Shown here: positions 1 through 11,417 of the stretch, in pieces
Layout: each line of letters opens with the position of its first letter
Numbering within the stretch: the stretch's first letter is position 1
Source: Octopus bimaculoides
Lineage: Eukaryota
Direction: 5' to 3'
Assembly (NCBI RefSeq): GCF_001194135.2
Contig: NC_068993.1
Coordinates: 58,683,914-58,716,314 of the forward strand
Length of the DNA stretch: 32,401 nucleotides
Notes under the pieces: model-generated
Database searches by the model: none
Seen by the model: only the letters and a program-made list of their open reading frames with translations
Told to the model about the DNA's origin: nothing
Program-made: the position numbers and the translations under genes

Positions 1-39
<39 letters not shown>

Positions 40-344
40 TTGCTCTGTTAAATTAGTTGAGTAAAATTATATTAATGTGTCCGACTAATTAAAATTCTAT
101 TTATTTGTGCAGCTGAGAATAGCCCTGCATTTAAATTGATCTAACGATTGCATTGTTCAATTAAATGGAGACGCTTGAAACGGTCGTACTGCATCACCCC
201 TGGATATCCTCTGGCTTATGTTGATTTTATTCACCATACTTCGAGCTGTGCGGATAATACTGGACTGACTTGGTGCTTCAACTTAAGTACCTAATTCAAA
301 TGAATCTCAATTATTTCTTAACTCGTCAATATTTATGTGCATAC

Positions 345-377
<33 letters not shown>

Positions 378-636
378 NNNNNNNNNNNNNNNNNNNNNNN
401 NNNNNNNNNNNNNNNNNNNNNNNNNNNNNNNNNNNNNNNNNNNNNNNNNNNNNNNNNNNNNNNNNNNNNNNNNNNNNNNNNNNNNNNNNNNNNNNNNNNN
501 NNNNNNNNNNNNNNNNNNNNNNNNNNNNNNNNNNNNNNNNNNNNNNNNNNNNNNNNNNNNNNNNNNNNNNNNNNNNNNNNNNNNNNNNNNNNNNNNNNNN
601 NNNNNNNNNNNNNNNNNNNNNNNNNNNNNNNNNNNN

Positions 637-689
<53 letters not shown>

Positions 690-1219
690 AGCGGGATTAA
701 AGAATTCAACCAGGTATCAATAAAGCGTTCAGTATTAAAAGAATTTGGTTACCAATATTCAACAATTAGACACCTGTAAATATCAGCAGAATACACATCC
801 AAGGTAAGTCCTCATGCACGACAAGTAAATCAAAATATCATTTAGAAGAATTTCGAGGAATTCTGAGTATTTGACAACAACAAAAATACGTATAGAGAAA
901 ATCTCGTCTTTATTGTAAAGTTTACCTTACAAATCCGACAATTGTTTTCGTCTTAGAAGTTTCATACACAAATCTGGGAGTCGGCTTGGGTCTTGGGTAA
1001 ATAACACCAACACAAAATAATACGCAATAGAATCGAACCTGAATTCTCAAGATTATGAGGTGGATTATTTAACGATTCGGTGCTGCATCGTTTGTACGTA
1101 AATACGTACGCACATACATATATACATACAGCGATGGGCAGACGATGAAACAGACAGAAATGTATGAATATATATGCATATTTCTACGTATGGAACTTTC
1201 TCCCTTTCTCTATCTTCTT

Positions 1220-1221
<2 letters not shown>

Positions 1222-1314
<93 letters not shown>

Positions 1315-1332
1315 TTCTCGATACATATATAC

Positions 1333-1363
<31 letters not shown>

Positions 1364-1505
1364 CACACATACATGCATACATATATTCACACACCTATAA
1401 AAATACACATATACGGACATATATACATACACGCATACATACATGCATACACACATACACACGCACATACATACATATATACATACATACACACACATAT
1501 ATACA
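1222..1505. repeat. Compound microsatellite: (CT)n then (TACA)n/(TA)n
   Basis: Directly visible; accounts for the SLSL/ERER/YIHT ORFs. Confidence 0.97.
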
Positions 1506-1977
1506 TAAAAAGAGATATATAAGTCGATTATGTAGTTGTTGCAAAAGCAATTTCGAAATGAAGGCAACAGCTCCATTCTATATTACCAATTATCGCTGTT
1601 GAATTCAGCATCTTAAATCAATAATAGCAAGAGAAATCGATTATTCAAAGTGGAGTGAATGAAGGAATGTACACACTGATATATAGATAAGCCGATGAAG
1701 ATGCCTGTATGTAGTCGCTTGATGTGGTAAATATCGCAGCCTAATCTCAGTCTGATTGCATTACAATGCGGGAAATGTATTTACGTAGTAGTTTGAAGCG
1801 CTAAAATTAGCAACCAAATTAACCGACGGATTACTCCCTATTGTCTGAGAAATAAATAGTGCTTGATGGCAACTGAAGTCGAGCAAAAATAGACGGGAGA
1901 CGAGAGACGAGGTGGTCACAGTTGGAACCCACAGTTGGGTTTGATTTGAGCGTAAGTAAGAACTATGCATATAAGTA

Positions 1978-2526
1978 TAGGCGGGTGTGTGGTTAAGGAA
2001 TTCGCTTTACGATCATGCGGTTTCGGGTTCGGTTCCACAGCGCGGCACCTTGGACAAGTTTCTTTTACTAAAGACCTGGACCGACGAATGAATCTGGTGG
2101 ATGGAAACTGTTTGGAAGCCATTCATATACAAACTCACATACACGCAAAAAGATAGATAGATAGACTGATAGACTGATTGATTGATTGACTGATTGATTG
2201 ACTGGTTGATTGATTGATTGATTGATTTCATTGACTGTTAGCGGGAGAAAGACATAAACAAAATTCACAGACAGACAGACAGACAGACAGATAGACAGAT
2301 AGATATGTAGGTATGTATGTACGTATGTAGGTATGTGTGTGTCTTTGTACTCGTCCGTTATCATTGCTTGATAACCGGTGTTTGTTTGTTCACGTCTCCT
2401 TAATTTACGGGAAAATGGAATGAGTAACAGGTTTAATTAAAAGTACTGGTGTTGATTTATTCGTGCAATCGTTCAAGACGGTGTTCTAGCATGGGCACAG
2501 TCCAGTGACAGAAAGAAGGAAAAGAT
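1978..2526 (+). mobile_element. tRNA-derived SINE family B, old near-full-length copy with expanded internal microsatellite
   Basis: Head GGGTGTGTGGTTAAG...GGTTCGGTTCC (A/B-box-like), CACCTTGGACAAG block, internal GATA/GATT/GACA/TATG repeats (~2150-2345), then 3' module TTGATAACCGGTG...CTAGCATGGGCACAGTC. Homologous to the copies at 12208 and 28404. Confidence 0.75.
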
Positions 2527-2683
2527 ATGGGAAATGTGTGTGCGTGTGCGTGTGTGTGCACTAATTAAATAATTACCTGTTTAGATAGAGCTAAATAGCT
2601 ATTAGGGTATTTGGTGAGATAAATGGGGGCAGGCTGATTGCATTGTGAAATGCGAACAGTGTTATCTTAGAGAATAGAATGTT

Positions 2684-2689
<6 letters not shown>

Positions 2690-2733
<44 letters not shown>

Positions 2734-2765
2734 GGAGCAGAGGTGAAGATGCGTGTACAAATACA

Positions 2766-2801
<36 letters not shown>

Positions 2802-3180
2802 TATACTTACATATGTGTACACATATATGTATACATAATATGTGTGTTGTACACGTGTACATAGAGAAAGAGTCAGACGGACAGAGACAGAAACGTATAT
2901 AAATTATTTTATACATACACATGTATATAATATATACATACATATATGCATATTATATGTATATTATATATACATTTAATATACATATATGTATATAATT
3001 ACACATATGTATATAATTACACATATATATATGTATATATTTATATATATATATATGTGTGAGTGTATGTATGTATATATATATAGACAGATATATACTT
3101 TATATGCAAACAAGCACATACATGCGTGTATATATGTACATATATATGTATATATATGTGTATATATATATGTGTGTATA
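2690..3180. repeat. Compound microsatellite field (GA)n, (TACA)n, (TA)n/(TG)n, with an 18-bp tandem duplication ATGTATATAATTACACAT
   Basis: Directly visible. Confidence 0.95.
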
Positions 3181-3742
3181 NNNNNNNNNNNNNNNNNNNN
3201 NNNNNNNNNNNNNNNNNNNNNNNNNNNNNNNNNNNNNNNNNNNNNNNNNNNNNNNNNNNNNNNNNNNNNNNNNNNNNNNNNNNNNNNNNNNNNNNNNNNN
3301 NNNNNNNNNNNNNNNNNNNNNNNNNNNNNNNNNNNNNNNNNNNNNNNNNNNNNNNNNNNNNNNNNNNNNNNNNNNNNNNNNNNNNNNNNNNNNNNNNNNN
3401 NNNNNNNNNNNNNNNNNNNNNNNNNNNNNNNNNNNNNNNNNNNNNNNNNNNNNNNNNNNNNNNNNNNNNNNNNNNNNNNNNNNNNNNNNNNNNNNNNNNN
3501 NNNNNNNNNNNNNNNNNNNNNNNNNNNNNNNNNNNNNNNNNNNNNNNNNNNNNNNNNNNNNNNNNNNNNNNNNNNNNNNNNNNNNNNNNNNNNNNNNNNN
3601 NNNNNNNNNNNNNNNNNNNNNNNNNNNNNNNNNNNNNNNNNNNNNNNNNNNNNNNNNNNNNNNNNNNNNNNNNNNNNNNNNNNNNNNNNNNNNNNNNNNN
3701 NNNNNNNNNNNNNNNNNNNNNNNNNNNNNNNNNNNNNNNNNN

Positions 3743-3783
<41 letters not shown>

Positions 3784-3854
3784 CATTCCGCATTGTTTTC
3801 ATTATTTTATCATTATCATTAACATTATTATCATTATCATCATCAGCAGCAGCA

Positions 3855-4015
3855 GCAGCAAGATCGTTACCACGCTGAACAAAATATTTCGCGGCATTTC
3901 GTTCGTCTTCACGTTCTGAGTTCAAATTTCACCGAGGTCGATTTTGCTTTTCATCCTTTCAGGGTCAATAAATAAAATACCAATGAAACACTGGGATCGA
4001 TGCAATCGATTCAAC
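3855..4015 (+). mobile_element. SINE family A, diverged copy
   Basis: B-box GAGTTCAAATT followed by CCGAGGTCGA...CATCCTTTCAGGGTCAATAAAT...CTGGGATCGAT, matching 5331-5579 and 14147-14320. Confidence 0.75.
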
Positions 4016-4059
4016 CATTATTATTTTCTGTTATTATTATTATTTTCTGTTATTATTAT

Positions 4060-4246
4060 CGCTTGACAACCGGTGCTGGTATGTTTACATCCCCGTAACT
4101 TAGCGATTCGGCAAAAGAGAACGATAGCATAAGTACTAGGCTTACAAAGAATAAGCTCTGGGGTTGATTTGCTCGACTAAAGGCGATGCTCCAGCATGGC
4201 CGCAGTCAAATGACTGAAATAAGTAAAGAGTAAAAAGAGTAAAGAG
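4060..4246 (+). mobile_element. SINE family B, 3' module only
   Basis: CGCTTGACAACCGGTGCTGG...AAGTACTAGGCTT...GCTCCAGCATGGCCGCAGTCAAATGACTGAAA with (AAAGAGT)-like tail; closely matches 12355-12520. Confidence 0.85.
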
Positions 4247-4644
4247 TTATTTTTATTTTGTTTTGTTTGTTTTCTCCCAACTTCTAGAAAGTGAAAATCA
4301 CCCAATTAATTTGTTAACAAAAGCAACCAACGCAAAATTCCATCAAGCCAATCCTTGTATTCTTAACATAGGAGCAATTAAATGAAAAAACGTTATTTAT
4401 GAAATCAAGATCGTTAAAAAAAAGAAACGAATATGAAGAGTGGGATTAGGCGACCATTCGGTCAAACATTAATGTTTACTTTCCCTCAATGTAATCTTTT
4501 TTAGAGATATGACATGTATTAAATACACGATTGTTAGATAAATTGTTAGGTGACCAGGATGATAGAACATGCGAAGCAGATGAATCAGGATGTTAATAAC
4601 AGAATGGGGTTAAATCCGTGATTAAAATCTTAATTGAGGGCTGA

Positions 4645-4714
4645 ATTATGGGAGGAGCTGGCAGAATCATCGCTATGACGTTTTGCTGTATTCCTTCCAG
4701 ATCACAACGTTCTA

Positions 4715-4796
<82 letters not shown>
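4645..4796 (+). mobile_element. Degenerate SINE family A head followed by (ATT)n running into a gap
   Basis: GGAGCTGGCAGAATC...ACGTTCT resembles the family A head. The (ATT)n at 4713-4796 is certain; the head assignment is weak. Confidence 0.4.
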
Positions 4797-5330
4797 NNNN
4801 NNNNNNNNNNNNNNNNNNNNNNNNNNNNNNNNNNNNNNNNNNNNNNNNNNNNNNNNNNNNNNNNNNNNNNNNNNNNNNNNNNNNNNNNNNNNNNNNNNNN
4901 NNNNNNNNNNNNNNNNNNNNNNNNNNNNNNNNNNNNNNNNNNNNNNNNNNNNNNNNNNNNNNNNNNNNNNNNNNNNNNNNNNNNNNNNNNNNNNNNNNNN
5001 NNNNNNNNNNNNNNNNNNNNNNNNNNNNNNNNNNNNNNNNNNNNNNNNNNNNNNNNNNNNNNNNNNNNNNNNNNNNNNNNNNNNNNNNNNNNNNNNNNNN
5101 NNNNNNNNNNNNNNNNNNNNNNNNNNNNNNNNNNNNNNNNNNNNNNNNNNNNNNNNNNNNNCCAGATGTGGTACATTTTATGTATTATGTGAAATATATC
5201 ACATTTCAGTTTACTTTGCATAACAAGCTCAGATGCACAGAGAAAATTGGAACGAAATACCGCGAGGTATTGTATATAAAGCTTTTCCTAATCTACCAAT
5301 CTACCAGAAATATTATTATTATTATAAAAA

Positions 5331-5579
5331 GGCAGCGAGCTGGCAGAAACGTTAGCATACCGGGCGAAATGCTTAGCGGTATTTCGTCTGCCGTTACGTT
5401 CTGAGTTCAAATTCCACCGAGGTCGACTTTTCCTTTCATCCTTTCGGGGTCGATAAATTAAGTACCAGTTACGCACTGGTGTCGTGTAATCGACTTAATC
5501 CCATTGTTTCTCCCCTCTGTGTGGAGCCCCTTGTGCTCAGTAAAGAAATAAGAAACATTATTATTATTATTATTATTAT
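5331..5579 (+). mobile_element. SINE family A, full-length, (ATT)n on both sides
   Basis: Head GGCAGCGAGCTGGCAGAAACG, B-box GAGTTCAAATTCC, core GAGGTCGAC...AAGTACCAGTT...CTGG, (ATT)n tail 5557-5579 and (ATT)n upstream at 5311-5325. Confidence 0.9.
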
Positions 5580-5580
5580 C

Positions 5581-5965
5581 GTGGAGGCGCAATGGCCCAG
5601 TGGTTAGGGCAGTGGACTCGTGGTCATAGGATCGCAGTTTCGATTCCCAGACCGGGCGTTGTGAGCGTTTATTGAGCGAAAACACCCAAAGCTCCACGAG
5701 GCTCCGGCCGGGGATGGTGACGAAACCTGCTGTACTCTTACACCACAACTTTCTCTCTCTTACTTCCTGTTTCTGTTGTGCCTGTAATTCAAAAGGTCAG
5801 CCTTGTCACACACTATGTCACGCTGAATGTCCCCGAGAACTACGTTTAATGGTACACGTGTCTGTGGAGTACTCAGCCACTTGCACCTTAATTTCACTAG
5901 CAGGCTGTTCCGTTGATCTGATCAACTGGAACCCTCGACGTCGTAAGCGACGGAGTGCCAACAAT
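5581..5965 (+). mobile_element. tRNA-derived SINE, head C + tail 1, full-length
   Basis: Consensus A-box TGGCCCAGTGG (5593-5603), B-box GTTTCGATTCC, body closely matching 14510-14897 (minus), 3' end ...CGTCGTAAGCGACGGAGTGCCAACAA followed by (CAT)n and (AGT)n. Confidence 0.92.
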
Positions 5966-5992
5966 CATCACCATCATCATCATCATCATCTT

Positions 5993-6024
<32 letters not shown>

Positions 6025-6377
6025 CTTGACATTGCAGAACGTGTATTAGTTTAGCTCCTAATAAACTTGTCATGAGAGATAGCAAACTAAATATGTTCAC
6101 TCTTCTTTAGAATTATATGCACTATTCAGATAGTTGCCCAATTGTATAAATTTCTAGGTTTTCTCTGTCTCAATTTTAATCTGTTTTTAGTTTCAACCGT
6201 GCTTCTTTTTGAATTCTAAAGCTAGTTTCTTGCCTAAACGCATCAGTTGTTTATTGCCTTCATTAACCCTTCGACTGCGTAATTAAATTTCATGGTTATC
6301 CCTGTAATGATGGTAATTATCAATCCAGCATTGAAATCGGGTCTGGATAATGATTTGCTATATGCTAACAGTTCAAA

Positions 6378-6690
6378 GTGGAGACGCAATGGCCCAGTGG
6401 TTAGAGCAGCGGACTCGCGGTCGGACGATCGTGGTTTCGATTCCCAGACCGGGCGTTGTGTGTGTTTATTGAGCGAAAACACCTAAAAGCTCTACGAGGC
6501 TCCAGCAGGGGGTGGTGGCGACCCCTGTTGTACTCTTTCGCCCCAACTTTCTCTCACTCTTTCTTCCTGTTTCTTGAGTTACGCTGCGATGGACTGGCAT
6601 CCCGTCCAGCTGGGGGGAACACATACGCCATAGAAACCGGGAAACCCGGCCCATGAACCTGGCTAGGCTTTGAAATGGCGACAAAAAAAA
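6378..6690 (+). mobile_element. tRNA-derived SINE, head C + tail 2 (GCGATGGACTGG-type, V-domain-like), poly-A tail, 11-bp TSD
   Basis: Same head as 5581 for about 200 bp, then GCGATGGACTGGCATCCCGTCCAG...GAAACCGGG. Direct repeat AACAGTTCAAA at 6367-6377 and 6691-6701. Confidence 0.92.
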
Positions 6691-7699
6691 AACAGTTCAA
6701 AATGAAAATTTTAAAAGAACTCAAAAAATTTGGGAACTTACAAGTTTTTCATTTAAACTAAATTTAATGTAATACCATACTGATAGGGTACCAATAAATG
6801 TTTGATTATTATGGTTCTCTTCAGTTTGGGGCTGCAGGCCCGGTTAGCCCTCTGCAGGAGATATCTCAAAAGTCTGGAAGGAGTACGGCTTTTAAGCTAG
6901 TGGTGGAATATATGGAAAAAAAGAATAAAGAAAAGTTAGAAAAATTGTCTTTTGTAAAATGTGTCACTGAGGGTGTCTCCGTTTCTTAGAGAATAAGGAG
7001 AAGATTTTTCTTAAAGCTATGGCTTAAAACCACTTTCCGCAGTCAACGGAGATAAACTTTTGGACGTATATATCCGTTTCCACGTTCAAAGGTTTATGAG
7101 ATGGAATGAGAATAAGCGTTAAAATCAAATTCGATTTAGAAGAAAGTAGAAAAAGAATGAACCGAGATGAACTGAGTTGAGTGACTAACTTTACGACGAT
7201 CGTTGCTGCTTTCCATTACTCTTCAAATGTTGCCAAATATTACCATAAAAATAGTTAAATGCTATTAATTTATAGAATTTATGTTAGTAAATCCATTGGG
7301 GTTAGTTTGTTGCAACAAATAAGAGCCGATTTATAGTCAATTAGGAGTTGTTTGATCGCTCGAATACAGATGAAAATTTTCTGAAGAGCTCATAACATTT
7401 AATGAAACGTCTGTGTATATCTAAGGTGTTGAAACGAAAAGATAGTCATCGTAGTTGGTTGGTTCATATCCAAAACGGTCAAGAGAGTTGTTCAAATGAT
7501 GAAAGACATAACTTCCCGGAAGAATACCTTACGTGAATATAAACATAATTTTTGGGGGTTTTTGTATTTGGTTTGAAAGATTTTCTCATGTGAACTTGTG
7601 TGTTGAAACATATTTAGTTGTACTTCGAGAGGGCCATTATGCCAATTACAAACACACACTGATTTTATTTCACTTCTTTTTCCTTAGTAGTTAATTCAA

Positions 7700-7903
7700 G
7701 GCGGCGATCTAACAGAGACGCTAGCATACTGGACAAAAAGTTTAGGGTATTACGTTCTAAGTTCAAATTCCGTCAAGGTTTACTTTGCTGGTCACCCGTT
7801 CAAGGTCAATAAAATTCGTAACAGTTGAGCACCAAAGCCAATAAAATTGACAAGCATCCTTCCTCAATCTTCAGGCTTTGTGCCTGTAATAGAAAGAATT
7901 ATT
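7700..7903 (+). mobile_element. SINE family A, old full-length copy
   Basis: GGCGGCGATCTAACAGA head, AAGTTCAAATTCC B-box, 3' end GGCTTTGTGCCTGTAATAGAAAGAATTATT. Confidence 0.75.
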
Positions 7904-8032
7904 CGTTTCTACTCTCGGCACAAGGCTCGCAATTTGGAAGGAGGGGGCCAGACGATTTGATCGACCCCAGTACGCAACTGGTACTTAATTTATCAACCCC
8001 GAAAGGATGAAAAGCAAAGTCGACCTCGGCGG
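7904..8032 (-). mobile_element. SINE family A, 5'-truncated antisense copy inserted in the tail of the previous copy
   Basis: Reverse complement matches the family A core; flanked by a 16-bp direct repeat AATAGAAAGAATTATT (7888-7903, 8033-8048). Confidence 0.88.
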
Positions 8033-8054
8033 AATAGAAAGAATTATTATTAGT

Positions 8055-8500
8055 CAATTCGTTAGCATTTGATTCATAGTCAGTTGCCTGTCATCTACCA
8101 CTATGTGGCGAACACCATCAAGGTTTTTCCTCGGTGGTGGCCGTTGCAGAACGTCCAGACCTTAGGTCGTCTATAAGACTCTGCTTTTCCTTCCTAAATT
8201 CAGCTGCCCGCTTTATGCGTTGTTCATAAAGCTAGAACTGGAGTCATCACTCAATGTAGCAACCATGTCAGCATGCATGTTCTTGGAAGCTAAACCATTT
8301 TTTTTTTCTGTGAGTAGGTCATAACAACTATGGTGCCAAATTGTGTCTATTTTGAAGGAAATCGTTACTAATTACTGTTGCAGTATTCTTTGAATAGCCA
8401 GATGTCAATTTGAAAGAAACAATGCAGTTATTAATAAGATTTTCACAGCTCTAGCATCACTCCTTCATAGTCAGACTATGAACTTTTCAGCCCAACCTCG
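8055..8500 (-). mobile_element. Mariner transposon 5' fragment (TIR + frameshifted N-terminal transposase)
   Basis: Minus strand reads TA|CGAGGTTGGGCTGAAAAGTTCATAG (mariner-type TIR, TA at 8501-8502). Translation across frameshifts: GLASKNMHADMVATLSDD / RAAEFRKEKQSLIDDLRSGRSATATTEE / DGVRHIVVDDRQLTMNQ, matching the mariner HTH region including the DxxRSGRP-like motif. Confidence 0.85.
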
Positions 8501-8854
8501 TAACTAATTAATGAAAATCGATTGTTTGATTAATCGTTCAATCGATCAATCAATTCGCAACCTTATTAATGACATGCTTTCTTTAATCGAGGTCTGCTTT
8601 AGGTCAAATATGAGGATCTTACTTTCAAAACCGGCATAAGTGCATATTTGGTCGATTTCATGATAACCATTAAAACACAATCTGCAATTTCTGTCAGTCA
8701 AGCTGGGATTGATGCCATATATAAGACAGGAGGTGAATCTTAGACTTCCAATCAAAATCAGATATATTCAATTTATTGTTTTAAACAATTACTCATAAGA
8801 CATTTCGATGCGTATATCTGGTTTTGAAAGTTAACTCTTCATATATTCTATATA

Positions 8855-8903
8855 CGAGGGTTGTAGTCTGTTTTGAGGCTCAAGACTTTTCATACACCCC
8901 TCG
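8855..8903. mobile_element. 49-bp mariner-type miniature remnant with TA target duplication
   Basis: TA|CGAGGGTTGT...ACACCCCTCG|TA: 10-bp inverted ends with one mismatch. The right end (reverse complement CGAGGGGTGTATGAAAAG) resembles the TIR at 8500. Confidence 0.6.
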
Positions 8904-9071
8904 TATATTTTGTCTACAAGCTATATTCGAGATTCATTCATTTAGTTTAATTCATTTACATAAACATAGATCATGGCCCAGACTATCTTGATATATTGCA
9001 GAGCAACTGCGGTACGCCGGAATAGCCAGTGACTTTGGTTCTAACAATGTGTATAAATGCTTCCTTTAGCC

Positions 9072-9605
9072 CAGTGATTCTCAACCAGGGTTCATTAGAC
9101 CCTTGGGAGTCCAAATAAGATTTCGTTGTTAAAATTTGTGTGCACTAAATTGCTTTATACATATATCTCAACATTTTTTTAATACAATTCCTAATAATAT
9201 TTAATTCTAAAAATATTGAAAGATTTTTTTAAAAACATGAAAGCGTGATGAGGGTCTATCTGTAATGGTAAAGGTAAAGTTACCTGTTCGAGTGATGCCG
9301 ACTCATAAGGGCCGGTTTCGCGGTTATCATAGCGCATTTGTTCCTCACTTGGACGGGACACCAATCCATCGTAGGATTTCTCGTTTTTTGCCAGCTGAGT
9401 GGACTGGAGCAACGTGAAATGAAGTGTTTTGCTCAAGAACACAGCCCATGGCCTGGTCCAGGAATCGAAACCACATTCTTACGATGAGTTCAATACCTAA
9501 CCACTAACCACCCTAGCCACTAAGCCACGCGTTTCTACGAGGGTCTGCCTGGGTAAAACATGAATCAAGGGACCCCATAGAGGAGAAAATGGTTGACAAA
9601 TTATT
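9072..9605 (+). mobile_element. hAT-like (Charlie/MER5-type terminus) non-autonomous element interrupted by a SINE
   Basis: Left end CAGTGATTCTCAACC resembles hAT CAGTGGTTCTCAAC termini; degenerate right end ATGGTTGACAA near 9590; SINE inserted at 9263-9538. Confidence 0.55.
9263..9538 (-). mobile_element. tRNA-derived SINE, head D (CORE-like) + tail 2
   Basis: Minus strand: A-box TGGCTTAGTGG, B-box GGTTTCGATTCC, CORE-like TTGAGCAAAACACTT...CAGCTGGCAAAA, then CGATGGATTGGTGTCCCGTCCA...GAAACCGGCCC, (TTTACC)-type tail. Degenerate 13-bp TSD GAGGGTCT(AT/GC)CTG at 9250-9262 and 9539-9551. Confidence 0.85.
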
Positions 9606-10249
9606 ACGATGGTAGTGTGTGCCTTGTTACTATGCACATCGTGCATGAGTAAATGTGTGTGTGAGTGTCTGTGTGTGTGTGTGCTTATGTATATGAGGGT
9701 AGGCGTGTTTAAGAACACATGGAAAAGAATGGAGAAGGAGAAGGGAGGAAATGGGTAAGCGAAATAGGAAGGGTTATATATTTAGATCGAGAACAATGTC
9801 TGCGTAATTTCGGTAAATTTGATAGAATTGACACAAATAAGCAATCAACGAACACGTGATAAACTGTCACTCCTTGACAAACACACACACACACACACAC
9901 ACATATATGTATAGGTATGTATACGTATATGTATATATATGTATGTGTGTAAGTGTGAATGTGTGTAGATACATAGATACATATATATACACACAAATAT
10001 ATACAAATATACACACACAGATATATTTATATATAGACATACACATATATAAATATATATATGAAAATATATATATATATATATATATANNNNNNNNNNN
10101 NNNNNNNNNNNNNNNNNNNNNNNNNNNNNNNNNNNNNNNNNNNNNNNNNNNNNNNNNNNNNNNNNNNNNNNNNNNNNNNNNNNNNNNNNNNNNNNNNNNN
10201 NNNNNNNNNNNNNNNNNNNNNNNNNNNNNNNNNNNNNNNNNNNNNNNNN

Positions 10250-10383
10250 AGTCATTTGATTGCCGTCATTCTGGAGCACCGCCTTTAGTCGAACAGTTTG
10301 ATCCCGGGGCTTATTTTTTTCTTATATTTAATTGTTTATGTTATAATTTTATTTACTCCATGTAACCAGACTTTGTGGACACC

Positions 10384-10421
<38 letters not shown>

Positions 10422-10590
10422 GGCGGGCTTCTTACAGTTTCCGTCGACCAAATCCACTCAAAAAGCCTTGGGCGGTCCGAGGCTGCAGTTGAAGACATTT
10501 GCCCAATGTGCCATGCAGTGGAACTGAACCCGGAACCATGTGGTTGGCTGGTAAGCAAGTTTCTTACCACACAGCCACTCCTGCACCTAT
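10250..10590 (-). mobile_element. SINE family B, minus strand, central part replaced
   Basis: Head and 5' module at 10420-10590 (TGGCTGTGTGGTAAG...TTGGGCAAATGTCTTC...GGAAACTG), 3' module at 10250-10320, (TA)n at the internal microsatellite position. Confidence 0.85.
10321..10386 (-). mobile_element. Tc1/mariner-like terminal fragment inserted at the (TA)n inside SINE B
   Basis: Reverse complement TA|CAGGGTGTCCACAAAG resembles Tc1/mariner CAGGGTGTCC termini. A similar end (ACAGAGTGTCCCAAAAA) is at 13346-13362. No partner end seen. Confidence 0.45.
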
Positions 10591-10845
10591 ATGTATGTAT
10601 TTATATCCCCCACACAAATATCTATTTTGTTTTTGATGCAACAATTAACTTTAGGAATTCAGGACACGGACACACACACACACACACACGCGTGCGCACT
10701 GATGATTCACGTCATTGCAATACGTTTATTGTGACACAACCTTTCAGCAGCCCAGGATCGAAACAGCAAACTTGATATTATGGAGCAAATAGACATCCCA
10801 TTTAACACCTCAAAAAAATCTATCCCCACCCCCATCACTTCCGTC

Positions 10846-10928
<83 letters not shown>

Positions 10929-11049
10929 CTCAAAATAATTAACCATGTCTAACAACAATACTTCGCTGTCATCTCAACATGAGAATCGCGTGCGTTTCAT
11001 CAGTTAATTTTCGATTTGAAATTCTTGTTTGCAAATGTATAAACGATTA

Positions 11050-11369
11050 ATATATATGTGTGAGCGTGAGTATATTTATATATATATATGTGTGTGTGTG
11101 TATGTGCATGTATGTGTGTGTGTATATGTGCGTAGGTATGTATATATACACACACTTATTATATACATATCTATACATACATATATATACATATATATAT
11201 ATATACATACATATATATACATATATATATATACATACATATATATACATATATATATATACATACATATATATATATANNNNNNNNNNNNNNNNNNNNN
11301 NNNNNNNNNNNNNNNNNNNNNNNNNNNNNNNNNNNNNNNNNNNNNNNNNNNNNNNNNNNNNNNNNNNNN

Positions 11370-11417
<48 letters not shown>

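Noticed and set aside
685-809. Strong donor CCAAG/GTAAGT at 803-804
   Set aside because: All three frames from the nearest plausible upstream acceptor contain stops; an isolated donor hexamer is expected by chance.
5581-5660. tRNA gene candidates at SINE heads (also 6378, 14897, 9538, 17203, 28404)
   Set aside because: A and B boxes are present, but each continues into a shared multi-copy SINE body, some with TSDs, and I could not trace a complete cloverleaf or poly-T terminator. These are tRNA-derived SINE heads.
8503-8575. Cluster of TAAT/ATCGAT/ATCAAT motifs resembling homeodomain or Cut sites
   Set aside because: More simply explained as a decayed (ATCA)n/(ATTG)n microsatellite next to the mariner end.
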